Notes: generated from the letters alone by a model not told the origin. A stretch of DNA of 64,000 nt from Paragordius varius (GCA_964247055.1 OZ176053.1:620001-684000), one strand, 5' to 3'. Positions 11,901-24,308 are shown, numbered from the stretch's first letter. A program made the numbers and translations.

Positions 11901-13528
11901 TTTTTATAACGTTTAGAAAATCAAAAAATTTATTCTTTGATTATTACAACGAAGAAATTTTAATAGTTATAATTCAGTTATATAATTTATTAACAAATAA
12001 ATTTCATATAATTTTTATGTTAGAAATTTATAGTATAGTGTTGTATGGATGAGTCACAGGTCAAATATAAATAGAACATTGGGTATAGATAAGAGGTATT
12101 TTATGGAGTTAAGCAAACATGGCCATATTTAGTATTTTAGAAAAGCTAACTTTAGTAATAAAGCCAGAATTTTAGATTTAATTTATATTATAATTAAAAT
12201 TTTGATTAATCCTTTAAAACGAACAATATCAATTGTTGTTCAAAAATGGCCAAAATGAACAATAAATAAGGGATTATAATGTGACAAGTAATTTACACAA
12301 TGGTATACTTGCCTATCACATTTTGATTCAATAAGACACTCTGGAATGTTGTTTTTGTTTTGCGAAATAGCAAATTATGACAATAAATTATTCGAAATGA
12401 AAATTAACCTTTTGCTTTTAAAGCAGCTTTAGGTATATAAAGTTCGGAAAATTTGGTTATAAGTCAGTGGTATTCAACAAAAAAGAAATTTAAAGAGCTA
12501 AAAAAAATTTTTTTGTCTCAAGGGGCGTGACCATATAATACCAAAATATATTTTATTATAGTTTTTTCACGTATACTCTATACTTAAAATAAGTGTTGCA
12601 AAAAATGAAACAAATATGTGCAGTGGTTTGAAATGTCTCCATTCATTCCGAGAGTAAAAAATGACTTTTTTTCAGAACAGTCCTTTAAAGTCAACAAGTA
12701 TTCCTAAAATATTAGAAAATTTTTGCAAACGTGTTTGAGAATACGTATAATTCGTTAAAATCAAAAAGGTGAATGAACCTGGTGCGATAGCATCAACCAG
12801 CGCTCCTAGAATTCGGCCATCGTTCCAATCTGTCGTGAAATTAGTAACGGGAATTTGGGGCATACGACTTTGAATCCAACTCAAAAGTTTTTGTTTGGGT
12901 GTCGGTTCGTGTTTCGAAACAGCTGATGTTGAAATTGGTGCAGTAGCAGACGATTGTTTATTATTCGATGGATTTAAATTATCAATTTCAAAATTATCGG
13001 TTATGCGTCCGTTTAGTTTTAGATCGAAATTGGTATCCTGTCCCTCAAGATCCCAAGAGGGAATACTTATGGAGTAATGCAGAATTAGCATCCAAATAAG
13101 GCCAAGAATAAGCTTTAGATTGCAATCAATAATGTCCGTACTATCTGTATAAAAAAATTTGAATAATATCTTATAATTAATATGTCGAAGATTTGAAAAA
13201 GTTTACCTATATTTACAATTTTGATGCCTTCCTCACTGCCCAAAAACTCGAGACACATTGATATGTTTTCAAGTTTTTGAGAACGAAATGTTGGTTTTTT
13301 GGTATATTTAATCATTCGTTTTCCAGATAATGCTTCGATCAAGGATATCAACCTTAGACCGTCAGCTAAATCCGTTTCTAAGCTACGAATTTGCTTATTG
13401 GAGCTTTTTAAATGCTCATTTACCCATCTGGTAAAAGTGTTCTGTTGAATCCGTTTCCAACCGGCATCCTCTCCAAACTCTCTGTCAGCGCCTGCAGGAA
13501 TATCGGAATAATTTCGATTGTTATCCAT
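1466..13528 (-). CDS. FLN: Filamin (actin cross-linker), 5' part: CH1-CH2 actin-binding domain plus Ig/filamin repeats 1-4; 13 exons
   Basis: Hand-spliced exons, all GT-AG with matching phases: 13528-13207, 13144-12779, 9179-9082, 8451-8286, 7852-7722, 6838-6752, 6447-6282, 5810-5526, 4845-4675, 3939-3864, 3307-3166, 2389-2263, 1785-1466 (2457 nt, 819 codons, open). Diagnostic filamin motifs: [121 protein letters not shown]. Small exons (3939-3864, exact end at 3166) are less certain. The last exon either splices at AAA|GTAATT (1465) or reads to TAG at 1454. Confidence 0.93.
3485..3683 (+). repeat. Minisatellite, about 21-22 bp unit TTTTTCAAGCAAACGCAACA
   Basis: About nine degenerate tandem units; a related array lies at about 51300-51418. 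Confidence 0.85.
4965..5250. mobile_element. MITE with TATACCATTTA(G/C)AGTT(C/T)AAATTCACCCT TIRs
   Basis: Inverted ends visible at 4965-4991 and 5223-5250; related fragments at about 9795-9845 and 54440-54780. Confidence 0.65.
6948..7523. mobile_element. Degenerate hAT-type MITE with a nested TA-MITE, in a filamin intron
   Basis: GGTGTTAAACAC..GCGGCCCGC at the left and GCGGACCGC..GTGTTGAACATCACTG at the right; boundaries approximate. Confidence 0.5.
9915..10019 (+). repeat. Minisatellite, 5 x 21 bp CTT(A/G)AACA(G/C)TT(C/T)AAGTTGGTC
   Basis: Five near-perfect units; a degenerate inverted relative lies at about 50755-50830. Confidence 0.9.
10484..10932. mobile_element. Two adjacent palindromic MITEs (10484-10695 and 10713-10932)
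   Basis: First: TATATAGTATGCA..GGTTGCTTAT / ATAAGCAACC..TGCATACTATATA, relative at about 38165-38285. Second: TA|CAGTATGAG..CTCATACCG|TA, relative at about 38680-38860. Confidence 0.65.
11623..11780. mobile_element. 158-bp MITE with perfect 24-bp TIRs
   Basis: CAGTAGCGTATGGCATAAAACAAT and its exact reverse complement ATTGTTTTATGCCATACGCTACTG. Confidence 0.8.
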
Positions 13529-13917
13529 ATATTTCGAATAGAGAAGAAAATATTTAAAAAATGTGTTTCGTGTCTATAAATTACGAAGCGATCAGCTGTT
13601 TCATATAAAATTTATAATAAAAGCTCATTTATAATTTTATTTCCCTATTCTTCAGGATATATATTGAAATAATATAATATTGTATAATTTTTGCGGGTTT
13701 GAATACATAAATACATATAAAATTTTAAAATAAGTAATAAATTAAAAGTTATAACCCCATGGTGAACATCGCCAGCTCGCAGGGGGCGTTTTTTAGCTCT
13801 AACGATTTGAGTATCAGGCTTTTTTAAAATAATATCTTATATATAATGGCAAATATAGTAAAGTATACCACATTTTTTGAAGCTAAAATAGTAAGTACTA
13901 ATGTTAAAGCATGTTAA

Positions 13918-14490
13918 CACTTCGATTCAAATTGGGGTATCTAAATACCCCAGACTAAATTTTAATTAATATTTTTAAAATACTACTGAAGGAAACGGTC
14001 CCAATTTAAATTTATGCTTCTATCCTGATAAAAATTGTAAAAATATGGCAAAATATCTTGATAAAATTTTGTTTTATAAAAAAGGTTCCACCTCAAACTA
14101 CTTCGACCCCATTTTTATTTTACAAAATTTTTGTAAAATATCCATTTAATTTTAAGGGTAAAACTAAAGCTAATTTTATATATAAATTACATCTAACATT
14201 GATATAAATAGAAAAAGCGGTTTATTTTGTATTATTTTTTATTTTACATTGACACATGTCACGTTGACGAAATTTTTACTTTCGGTTTTAGCTTAAAATA
14301 ATTAATATCAAGTATTTTTAAATAAAATTTTTTATATATTTCGGTTTATTAATGTTATATAAGTGCAACATTTTGCCATGGTTTCGATTCCTTCCATACT
14401 ATTTAAAGTATTTGATTTTAAACAGGCCTGGGGTATCCAACTACCCCAATATGAATCGAAGGACTAAAATGAGTGTGTTGTATCCAAGTG
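13918..14490. mobile_element. piggyBac-like TTAA-specific MITE (copy 1)
   Basis: TTAA|CACTT...AAGTG|TTAA (TTAA at 13914-13917 and 14491-14494); internal inverted GGGGTA..TACCCC motifs; empty TTAA site in the duplicate at 36200-36203. Confidence 0.8.
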
Positions 14491-15859
14491 TTAATATCAG
14501 ACCTAACACGGCGCGGAAAGTCATATGTTATAGCGACTATTTCTTTACAAACTCTAGTTTAACCGTACACTTTTTATGAGCGCCATAACACCATACTTGA
14601 GACCTTTTATGTTTAAAAATGGAGGGTTTACACTTATCTTCTAGTCTTTAATGATTATTTGGCAATTCCTGATGAAAATATGTTGGACCCTCCATGAGCA
14701 TATGAGATTCGCAAGGACCCGTGTATTTATGTAGAACTTCGGATTTAAAACTGATCCTTATTCATTTCCTACATGTCCCTGTGAAACACCGCAAGATTCT
14801 GTTAGAATTAATTCTAGTTTTTTTTAGACCAGCGGGTAAATCCCTAGAGTTATCGGGGTTTTTAAATATTTATAATTCAAATTCGTATCACCATTCCTTA
14901 TATACCCTCTTGGTACCGCTATCAATTTTGCTTATTAAGCAGAGAAGGATGACGCCAAAATTTTTCCATTTTATATGTTGTGAAGGAAATAAGCAACGCT
15001 ATTCATAAATTGAATAATTTCGGAAACATGTGACAATCTTGCTTAAAATAGGATGGGATAACTCATTCGAATGCTTTTCTAATAGACTGTACTGACAACT
15101 TGCTATTTAATTAATCCTAAATGTTTTTTATCATTTATATTTTAGGATTCTATTCCTACCATCTCTTTTCTAGATATATTAAGCCTTAGAATGTCAATGA
15201 AAATCATTTAAATCAAACTTTTATTTATACTTTAATAAAATAAATCATAATTAATACAAAAACCAACAACAATAACATTTTATGTTCTTTTCACTTTTTC
15301 GTCTGCGATAAAATATTGGAGACATCCCAGAGCTTAATCTTGCAAATAATCTAGTGTTTTGTAAGTTTTGTTAAAATTAATTATTAATAAATATGTTTAG
15401 AGCTTTGTAGTTTTGAATTTTAAAATTGGGACAGCACCAAAACACAGTTGAAATAAACAGCTGTTTTTAAGGCAATAAATATTAACTTATTGCCGGAAGT
15501 TAATTATTTGCCTTTTTTAACCACAATAAAGATTTATTTGCCTATTATATTAGCGATTAAAAAATGTAAATTAAAATGATGGCGAAAAAGTTTGAGAAGA
15601 TTATTTTTTACAATTTTAATTGTTTTGTATTATGGGCCTATATGGCTAGTAGCAGCATATGTTAAAATTTAACCTTATACCTTAACTACTTTTCAGATAT
15701 TCCAATTTCAAAATGCTATGGTATAAAAAAATATACCCCAATAGGTCATAAAATGTTAAATTTAACTCATCTAGTTATACAGTTTTTTAATTGTGTTTTA
15801 TTTCAAACCATAGAGATTACAATAACTTTATTCATGCATGTCTTTTAGGCATTATTAAA

Positions 15860-18028
15860 TCTATATATTTATAAAAATGGAAAATGCTGGCTTTGTGATC
15901 TGGTACGGGAAAACCGGTAGATCCATTCAAATCCAAACTTCGAAAAAATATAATCATTTATGAATGCCCCGACAATAGCTTCGCCCTTTTTTTGAAATAG
16001 GCCCCCAGTTCGGGCCTACCCCGTGAAACGGATTTTTTTGAAAACAGAAGTCCATAAAAATCGTGTCTTTGAGACAATTTTCCGGAGAACGTGTTGGACC
16101 ATTCAATTTCAAATATAATTTTTGTTTACTTATTTTCGATTGCGCCGAACATTGTCGTCTCGCTTTTTTGATTTAGGCCCTCTTCCGCTCTCCCCGTAAA
16201 ATGCCATTTTTTTCAAAAAACAAAGTCCACAAAATTAATTTTATCTATTTTTCGCCCTAGGTATGAGACCGTAAAAATTCAATATGGATTCCATGTATTC
16301 CCTGTTAAAAGGCAAAAATTTTAGTCAAGCGTTTCTTTGATGATAGCTGCTGGGTAAGGAGCTACCCGCTAAAAACTGATTCCTTATGGAACTTTGTGAT
16401 CTGTTTCCGGAAAACCGGTGAACCCAATCAATTCCAAATATCTAAAAATATAATCATTAATAAATGTCCCGATAATAGCTTCGCCCTTTTATGGAATTAG
16501 GCCCCCAGTTCGGGCCTACCCCGTGTAAAAAACAGGTTAAGACAATTTTCTGGAGAACGTGTTGGACCATTCAATTTCAAATATGATTTTTGTTTACTTA
16601 TTTTTGATCGCGCTGAACATAGTCGACTCACTTTTTTGATTTAGGCCCTCTTTTTACCCGCTACCCGCGTAAAATGCCATTTTTTTCAAAAAACAAAGTC
16701 CACAAAAATATTTTTTTAATCGATTTTTTGCCTAAGGTATGAGACCGTAAAAATTCAAAATAGATTCCACGTATTCCCTGTTAAAAGGCAAAAATTTTTA
16801 GTCAAGCGTTTCTTTGAGATATCTGCTGAGTAAGGAGTATCTATCATATGTATAGGATGTTACAAAATATATGGATAATAAAACATTATTTATCGTAATC
16901 TATATATATATTTATATAAATGGAAAATGCTGGCTTTGTGATTTGGTACCGGAAAATCGGTAGACCCATTCAAATCCAAACTTCGAAAAAATATAATCAT
17001 TAATGAATGCCCCGACAATAGCTTCGCCCTTTTTTTGAAATAGGCCCCCAGTTCGGGGCTACCCTGTGAAACGGATTTTTTTGAAAACAGAAGTCCACAA
17101 AAATCGTGTCTTTGAGACAATTTTCCGGAGAACGTGTTGGACTATTCAATTTTAAATATGATTTTTGTTTACTTATTTTCGATTGCACCGAACATAGTCG
17201 TCTTGCTTTTTTGATTTAGGCCCTCTTTTTACCCGCACCCCCCGTAAAATGCCATTTTTTTCAAAAAACAAGGTCCACAAAAATAATTTTTTAAATCTAT
17301 TTTTTGCCCAACGTATGAGACCGTAAAAATTCAATATGGATTCCACGTATTCCCTGTTAAAAGGCAAAAATTTTAGTCAATCGTTTCTATGATGATAGCT
17401 GCTGGGTAAGGAGCTACCCGCTAAAAACTGATTCCTCATGTAACTTTGTGATCTGTGGAAAACCGGTGAACCCAATCAATTCCAAAAATCGAAAAAATAT
17501 AATCTATAATAAATGTCCCGACAATAGCTTCGCCCTTTTATGGAATTAGGCCCCCAGTTCGGGCCTACCCCGTGTAAAAAACAGGTTGAGACAATTTTCC
17601 GGAGAACGTGTTGGACCATTCAATTTCAAATATGATTTTTGTTTACTTATTTTTGATCGCGCTGAACATAGTCGATTCACTTTTTTGATTTAGGCTTTCC
17701 TTTTACCCGCACCCCCCGTAAAATGCCATTTTTTTCAAAAAACAAGGTCCACAAAAATAATTTTTTAAATCTTTTTTCGCCCAAGGTATGAGACCGTAAA
17801 AATTCAATATGGATTCCACGTATTCCCTGTTAGGCAAAAATTTTAGTCAAGCGTTTCTATGATGATAGCTGCTGGGTAAGGGAGCCACCCGCTAAAAACT
17901 GATTCCTCATGTAACTTCGTGATCTGTTTCCGGAATACCGGGAGACCCATTCAAATCCAAACTTCGAAACCCCCCCCCCCCTCCGAAGGACTTCCTCGGG
18001 CTGCGTAGCAGCACGAGATTTACGCTAG
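15860..18028 (+). mobile_element. Non-autonomous Helitron with two 5' ends and internal ~500-bp tandem repeats
   Basis: 5' TCTATATAT.. at 15860 and again at 16899; 3' hairpin CTCGGGCTGC-GTA-GCAGCACGAG (17995-18017) followed by CTAG (18025-18028); inserted between A and T with no TSD; the element is absent from the duplicate copy at about 37412. Confidence 0.85.
15892..17960 (+). repeat. Tandem array of about four 470-540 bp units with a dimeric higher-order structure, inside the Helitron
   Basis: Anchor TT(T/C)GTGAT(C/T)TG at about 15892, 16393, 16936, 17444, 17917. Units 1 and 3 share GAAACGGATTTTTTTGAAAACAGAAG; units 2 and 4 share TAAAAAACAGGTT instead. Confidence 0.9.
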
Positions 18029-20382
18029 TAATTATATAGAAAGATAAAAATCTTTATTAAACTTTCATCTACCGAATATGTTTCAATATTTATAACAAAT
18101 CTATAATAATTGTATAACTGTAAGTGTTATCTATTTTATAATTTGTTTGAATTATTGTTTATATAGTACTAATTTTAAAGCTTACTAAAAATTTTATTTT
18201 AGCAAAAATACCGTACGCATTTTAAGACTTATTTCACACTATAGTAGGGAAATTTAAAATGCATATTGTAACTTTTACTTACAGTAGAAATAGATTTATA
18301 AAGATACAACGTTAAAACTAATGGACAAATATTATTTCAAAAAGCAATTTATTTTTTTACGTTTTGTCTGTATAATTTGAATTAATTTAAAATATTTAAA
18401 TCATCTCAACTGTCGTCTCAATAACCCATCTTAGTTGTAGGGCTGGGAAAAATTTATAATGCTATCAAATATCATTTACTCCCATATTCAATTATTAGAA
18501 TCCCGTATGATAAATAAGTTTTTAGTAAACCTTAAGCAATTTTTTATATCGTAAAACTTATCAAAAAAATGGTCTTTGATTTATTAATACTATCCAGTAA
18601 CTATTTGCAGCCATTTTAAAATCCTAAAATCAACCGTGAATAAACCTATAATAACACAATATTACAAAAAATATACTAAATTAGTATATTTTGAAAACTC
18701 ATTTGTGTAGTTTTATTTCAAATTTTTCAAAATTATTATGGAGTAATTAGTAAACCAGATTTTTGGCAGAAAACAGTTTTATATAAGTATGGCTTACAGA
18801 GCTCAGATTATAATTTTGATTAATAAATATTTGGCTATATATATCCAAATAGTTACCACGTTTAATATAGGAGGTGACCTTTCTATTTAGACTCATCAGT
18901 AGAGCTAAATACGCACCAATAAAATTTTATAAGTAATGCAAAAAATATTTTGCATTATACCAGAAATTATTCAAATAAGCACAGATTACATGTATTTTAT
19001 AAGGTTTTTTAAGCTAATATGTGTTGATGAAATACAGCACTTGGTAGTAAACAGTATGCGGCAAAATAATTAAAATTAGAACATATGGGTATTATTGGAC
19101 GAAATTAATTAAATTAACTAATTTAAGGACTTAAACTGGATTAACTTAACTTGGTTTCCCTAATTTAAGTGGATATCGGTCTAATGTTTTGATGGATAAT
19201 TTCTAAATAATAAACCTGGTGGTTCCTTATGATAAACACCGTGGTTTCCTTTTAAATTTTTTAAAACTAAAGCGGTTCTGGTTCTTGACTGTTGTAATTA
19301 TCCGTTCTTAAGTCAAGTGTTAAAAATTCGAAAAAATTCAAACATTTATAATGACATTTTTCTTATTTAAAACTCTAATTTACATTTTCATTTTTTGTAG
19401 GCAATTACTTTTGATGTAGCTTTCTACCTTAAAACTTAAACTTTAGGATAAACTACTAATTTAAAGTGTTTTAGATATAATTTAATAACCAAAATTATAT
19501 AAGATAAAAAAGGCTTATATTTAAACAATTTAACTTCTTGACTCCGAAATTAATATGGGTTCTAAACCCGATTTAGAATCGATTAATATCAAGATGAGAA
19601 ATTACATTTAAAGGCTCCCCAGAGTTATCCACATTTTTTAATCACAATTTAATTACATTTTTATGCCTGTTGTATCAGCGATTTACAAAAATCAAATAAT
19701 AAAATGGCGGTAAAAAAGTTTAAAAATAAAATTTTTTTTAGATCTTTACATTTAATAAAAAAAAATTAATTGTGCCTAAAAGGCTAGCGAATGCATATAT
19801 ATTTAAATTTGGCCCAATACTTATATAATTTTTAAGTTAATGGAATTGAAATCGCTCTGCCACACACTTCAAAAAAGTGTTAAAAAAACATTCGCTATAT
19901 ATCCAAATAAAACAATTAATATTTTTCCATATTAAATCGAAATAAAAACATTACAGTTAAAATTAGTACAGACAAAATGTAAAATCGAAAAGCCAAATAA
20001 TTTTTTAAAAAACAATACTTTTTTAAACCTTAATATTTCTTACATTTAAGCTATTGATATCAATTTACGGAGCTATTGCTTATTGGTAACCCAGACAAAA
20101 ATTATTTTAAAAAAACAAGTAGCTTAAAATATATAGCCGTATCAAATCCTTATTAATTAGTGGGGTAAAAACCGTGATGGTACTTTATTTTTCAAAAGGA
20201 TAACATATATGATCTGTCCGTATTTAAATTTTTATACAAATAAGATTTTTTAAAATGATTTAATTAACACAGCTTTGCAAGAAAATTAATTTATTTATTA
20301 AATTTTTACGACAATTGATTGATTGATTTAAATGAAAAATAGCAATAATAATTTTGGTTGCTCCAAGGATTTCGGATATGCT

Positions 20383-20618
20383 TCAATTTAAAAATTTGAA
20401 ATTCTTCGTATCAATTTTCTAAAAATAAAATAAATAAAAAAATATTGACAATCATTACCTTTCGTATAAAATAAATATATTATGTAAATTATGTCTTTAA
20501 AATCACATTAAAATTAAAAATAATTTAAATATGAAAAAATTTAAATACCTTATAATATTGATTAATACACATGAACGCGTTATTCCCATTGCGGATGACA
20601 TAACCATTATCCAAGTAT
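20383..20618 (-). pseudogene. Third copy of the last two ADAMTS-like exons (20618-20549, 20418-20383)
   Basis: 20618-20549 is identical to 40652-40583. The terminal exon differs by one synonymous TTC/TTT change. The upstream exons are absent from this copy. Confidence 0.7.
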
Positions 20619-21578
20619 CTGTTAGGAAAAAATGTTTATACACTAAAAATTAAAATTATACTAAGGGAAGGACAAAATTTATTAATATAAAGATAAATTT
20701 TTTTTATTAAAAACAACCCACATTATTTTCTGAAATATACAATCAAAATTTAAATTATTCGGACAAAATGTAAAAATATAAAGATGACAAGTATTTTTAT
20801 CTAAAAGACAACCATACTTTATAAAACCTTAATTTTTCTCATATAAGTTATTTAATTACAATTGTAAAATATAGAATTTATTGTGATATATCTCAATTTA
20901 AAACTTTGCATTCATAAAACAATGTTTTATATTGAAACAAAACAAGATAAAAGTATGGGTGTCATTTAGAAAAAAATATTTTTCTTTATTTTTTACGTTT
21001 TGTCCGTATTGTTTTTAGTCTATAAGCTAACTATTACAATTATAAAATATATAATTAATTGTTTTATCTATATACATATCAATTTCATACTTTTATTCAA
21101 AAATTCAAAATTTAAAAATTATCATTATATTCTAGAAAAAAAATATTTGCCTTTATTTTTTTTATCCGTATAATTTCAATTTTTACTGTTACATGAAATG
21201 TATTTTATGCTTTGAGATAAGTTGAAAATAATAGTTTGCGTGTGTGTTAGGATTAGGGAATATATTTTTTAATATCTGAGTATACCACTATTTCCGAGTG
21301 GCCCTATATAGACGGGACCCAACCTCAAATATAAGCTTTTATAAGAAATTGTCATAGGAATTTAAAACTCAATATCCCAATTTTTATTTTTTTCGAGAAT
21401 AAATTAATCAATTAAATTAGTGAGGAATTATCTATGAATTGGTATTTACTTAGTAACAACTATCCATTTTTTACTAATTCATATAAAAAAATACAAATCG
21501 GGCTAAAAATCTTTTTTGGGGGATTCCTCAAGTATATAGTAAAAACTAAAGTTATACGGACAAAACGTTAAAATATAG

Positions 21579-24308
21579 CAGGGGTGGCAACACTTTTTTT
21601 GTCGCGAGCTTTTTTTTGGCTTTTTTGTTAAAAAAAGAGTTCGCGGTCACCCAGAAATATTTATCAAAAAAACTCAATCAACACTTTAAATGATGTATAT
21701 ACCTGCTTTACAGATTAGAGTGACTTGTTTAAACCATTTTAAAATTGTAATTTTTTTATCTATCAACCAAATACAAAAATAATTTTAATTAAAAGACAAC
21801 GGGTTATTAACTACCTTAATTTTTAACCAACATAAAACACTTCAAAATATTTATTTATTTAATTTCTATTATATGAAATTTTACAATATAAAAATTTAAA
21901 CAATGCATTTGAAATTACAGGGGAGAATACATTATGATACAAAAAATAAAAGAAATAAAAAATAGCATTCCAATTTAGAACCATAATTTGAACATAAATA
22001 AGAGTACATTAAAATTGTATCAGTTTTAATTCTATCCACATATTTTTTAGTAAATCGGCTTTTTCCTAAGCGAAAATACAACTCGATAAACATTCATATT
22101 TAATAAAGAAAAAAATATGTAAAACGCCCGACTGCGAAAAAATTCAGAAAGTTTATCTAAATTAGGTTCAAATGAAGTCAAAGCAATTCTCAAACATGAT
22201 TCTAAATGTTTATTAGTTAATTGTGACCTCTGTTTAGTTTTGATAGCATTCATAATTGAAAAAGCCGATTCACATAAATATGTGGATCCAAAAAAAGAAT
22301 TGAATAATGCAGCGGTTTTCCAAATATGGGGGTATTTATCTTTATTTATAAATTTATATATATCTGATCCTAATGATTTTAGATGGATATCGCATTTAAC
22401 ATTTATTAATTCCTCTTCCAACTCTGCTAAATTTGGTACACCAAGAAAGTGGCTGAGTTTTTGAGCAATATATTCAACATTATTATTATTATTAAATGGG
22501 CATGATAAAAAAATAGCGATGTCTTCAAGTTTATTTATAGATGAAAATCGTTTTTCAAAATCATTAATAAGCAGACCAATATCATCTGCATATTTTTCAA
22601 AAGAGAGATTCTCTATTTTTTCAGACACCGCTGCCAGATTAAAAAAATGTTTTAAATCTCGGTTTTTTAATTGTGTTTCTACTACTGTTAGTGTTTCCTT
22701 AAAAGATTTTAAAGCACCCATCATATCCATTATTGTTTTCTCTTTTCCTTGTAATTGGATGTTTAATTTATGCAATTTTTCCGTGATATCGCATAAAAAT
22801 GCAAGATCAAGCAGCCAATCTTGATCTTTCAATTCAGGGTATGAAAATTTAGAATTCTCTAAAAAAATTTCTAATTGTGGTAAAAGTTGCCTAAATCTAA
22901 TTAAAAATGCGGCACCACTCAACCACCTTACATCAGTATGTAATAAAAGTTCTCCATATTCCACGCCGCACTCATTTAACAAAATTCGAAATTGGCGGCG
23001 GGACAAGCTTTTTGTTCGAATGGCGTTAACAATTTTAAAACAGGGGTTCATTACATGATGGTATTTTAAAACTTTTGAACATAAAACTTGATTATGGATT
23101 ATACAATGGTAATCAATGAACTTGGGAAATGCACTGTGATTTTTACATAAAGCGATAAAGCCGTTGTTAACGCCAATCATAGCTGGAGCTCCATCAGTAG
23201 TTATAGATGCGAGTTTTACGATGGGAAGTTACGTATCTGTGATAAATTTATAAAAAGAATCAAAAATATCATGCCCTCTGGTTCGTTCGTGGAGAGGTAT
23301 TATAGTTAATAATTCCTCCTTTGCAGATAAATCACTAAATATCATACGAATAAAAATGCATAATTGGGCGATTCCAACATAATCGGTGGACTCATCGAGT
23401 TGCAAGGAAAAAAATACAGTTATTAATATTTTCATGTAAATCTTCATCAAGATTATTACTAATATCTTCAGCCCTGCGCATAACGGTATTTCTCGATAAG
23501 CTTATGCTTTTAATAGCTGTCATAATATTATTTTTGTTATCAAAATTTTCAAATAAAATATCACAAGCGCTAATAAAGGCTTCTTTAAATATTTCACCAT
23601 CATAAAATGGCTTATTGTTCCGAATGAGTATTTCCGCTACCTTGAATGAAGCAATCGTAGCATTTTTATAGTCTTTGTTGTATTTACGTATGCTATTTTG
23701 TGAGGCGGATAATTGTTCTTTTAATTCCTTTACTTTAATGTTGCGTTCTTGAGTTGTAAGGGGTAGTTTTTGGAGTAATGTGGTTGCAGAGATCTATAAT
23801 GTCTTTCAATATTTGACTTTTTGGGCAAAGCAACAGTACTATTGCATATTAGACAGGTGCATGTTTCATTTATCATAATAAAAAGTATTCATGCTCCCAA
23901 TCTTTCTTGTATCTGTACAACTTTTTTTGGCTCATTCTAAATATAAGTTTTAAAAACCTACTTTTGGTGTATCAAATCAAATCTAACTTCACGATTATGC
24001 TTCTGATTTATGAATAAGCTTTGCTCAAAGTTTTGATATATTCAAGGGAAATGACTGATTTTTTTTAATGCAAATGCTCCAAAACATATGAATATAATTA
24101 ATAAAATAATTTTTTTACACCCTTTTCTTAGACGTTTTTTTTTAATTTAAACCGTATTTTTTTGTATTTAAATTTAAATTCGCTCAGAAGTAGCCAACTA
24201 TCCGAAAAAAATCAATAAAATTTTTTAAAAAAAAATATTTTCAGGCGGTCACTTTTTGAGTTGTCGCGGTCACGAAAGTGACCGCGGTCACCTCGTTGGC
24301 CACCCCTG
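21579..24308 (-). mobile_element. hAT (Buster/Charlie/GTF2IRD2-like) DNA transposon, 2730 bp, nested in a TA-flanked MITE
   Basis: TIRs CAGGGGTGGCAAC / GTTGGCCACCCCTG; perfect 8-bp TSD AAATATAG (21571-21578, 24309-24316); the two halves of the host MITE flank it. Confidence 0.95.
22047..23935 (-). pseudogene. hAT transposase, interrupted by three frameshifts and one in-frame stop
   Basis: ATG at 23935, RYKKDWEHEY..CTCLIC..SNIERHY (BED-like zinc finger), FSLQLDESTD, ITTDGAPAMIG, HCIIHNQVLC, LLLHTDVRWLS, FGSTYLCESAFSIM (hAT C-terminal motif). Frameshifts near 23880, 23760 and 23410; TAA at 23229-23231. Confidence 0.92.

Larger units (their letters stand above)
13775..20870 (+). repeat. Segmental duplication block C, homologous to 36065-about 40895 (older, more diverged)
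   Basis: Collinear anchors, e.g. CTCGCA(A/G)GGGGCGTT (13776/36066), ACTCATCAGTAGAGCTAAATACGCACC (18891/38934), GAACGCGTTATTCCCATTGCGGATGAC (20572/40607). Confidence 0.88.

Noticed and set aside
14580-15100. Minus-strand reading of the duplicated relic as a zinc-finger transposase (WCYGAHKKC; HVSEIIQFMNSVAYFL)
   Set aside because: Plus-strand splice signals and frames explain the conservation at least as well, and the strand cannot be settled without a search.
15892-17960. Tandem array as a CRISPR or a coding repeat (ORFs 16890-17367)
   Set aside because: The units are ~500-bp homologous monomers without unique spacers, bounded by Helitron termini, in a eukaryotic context.
22240-22824. Plus-strand ORFs of 74 and 101 aa
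   Set aside because: Antisense to the hAT transposase.
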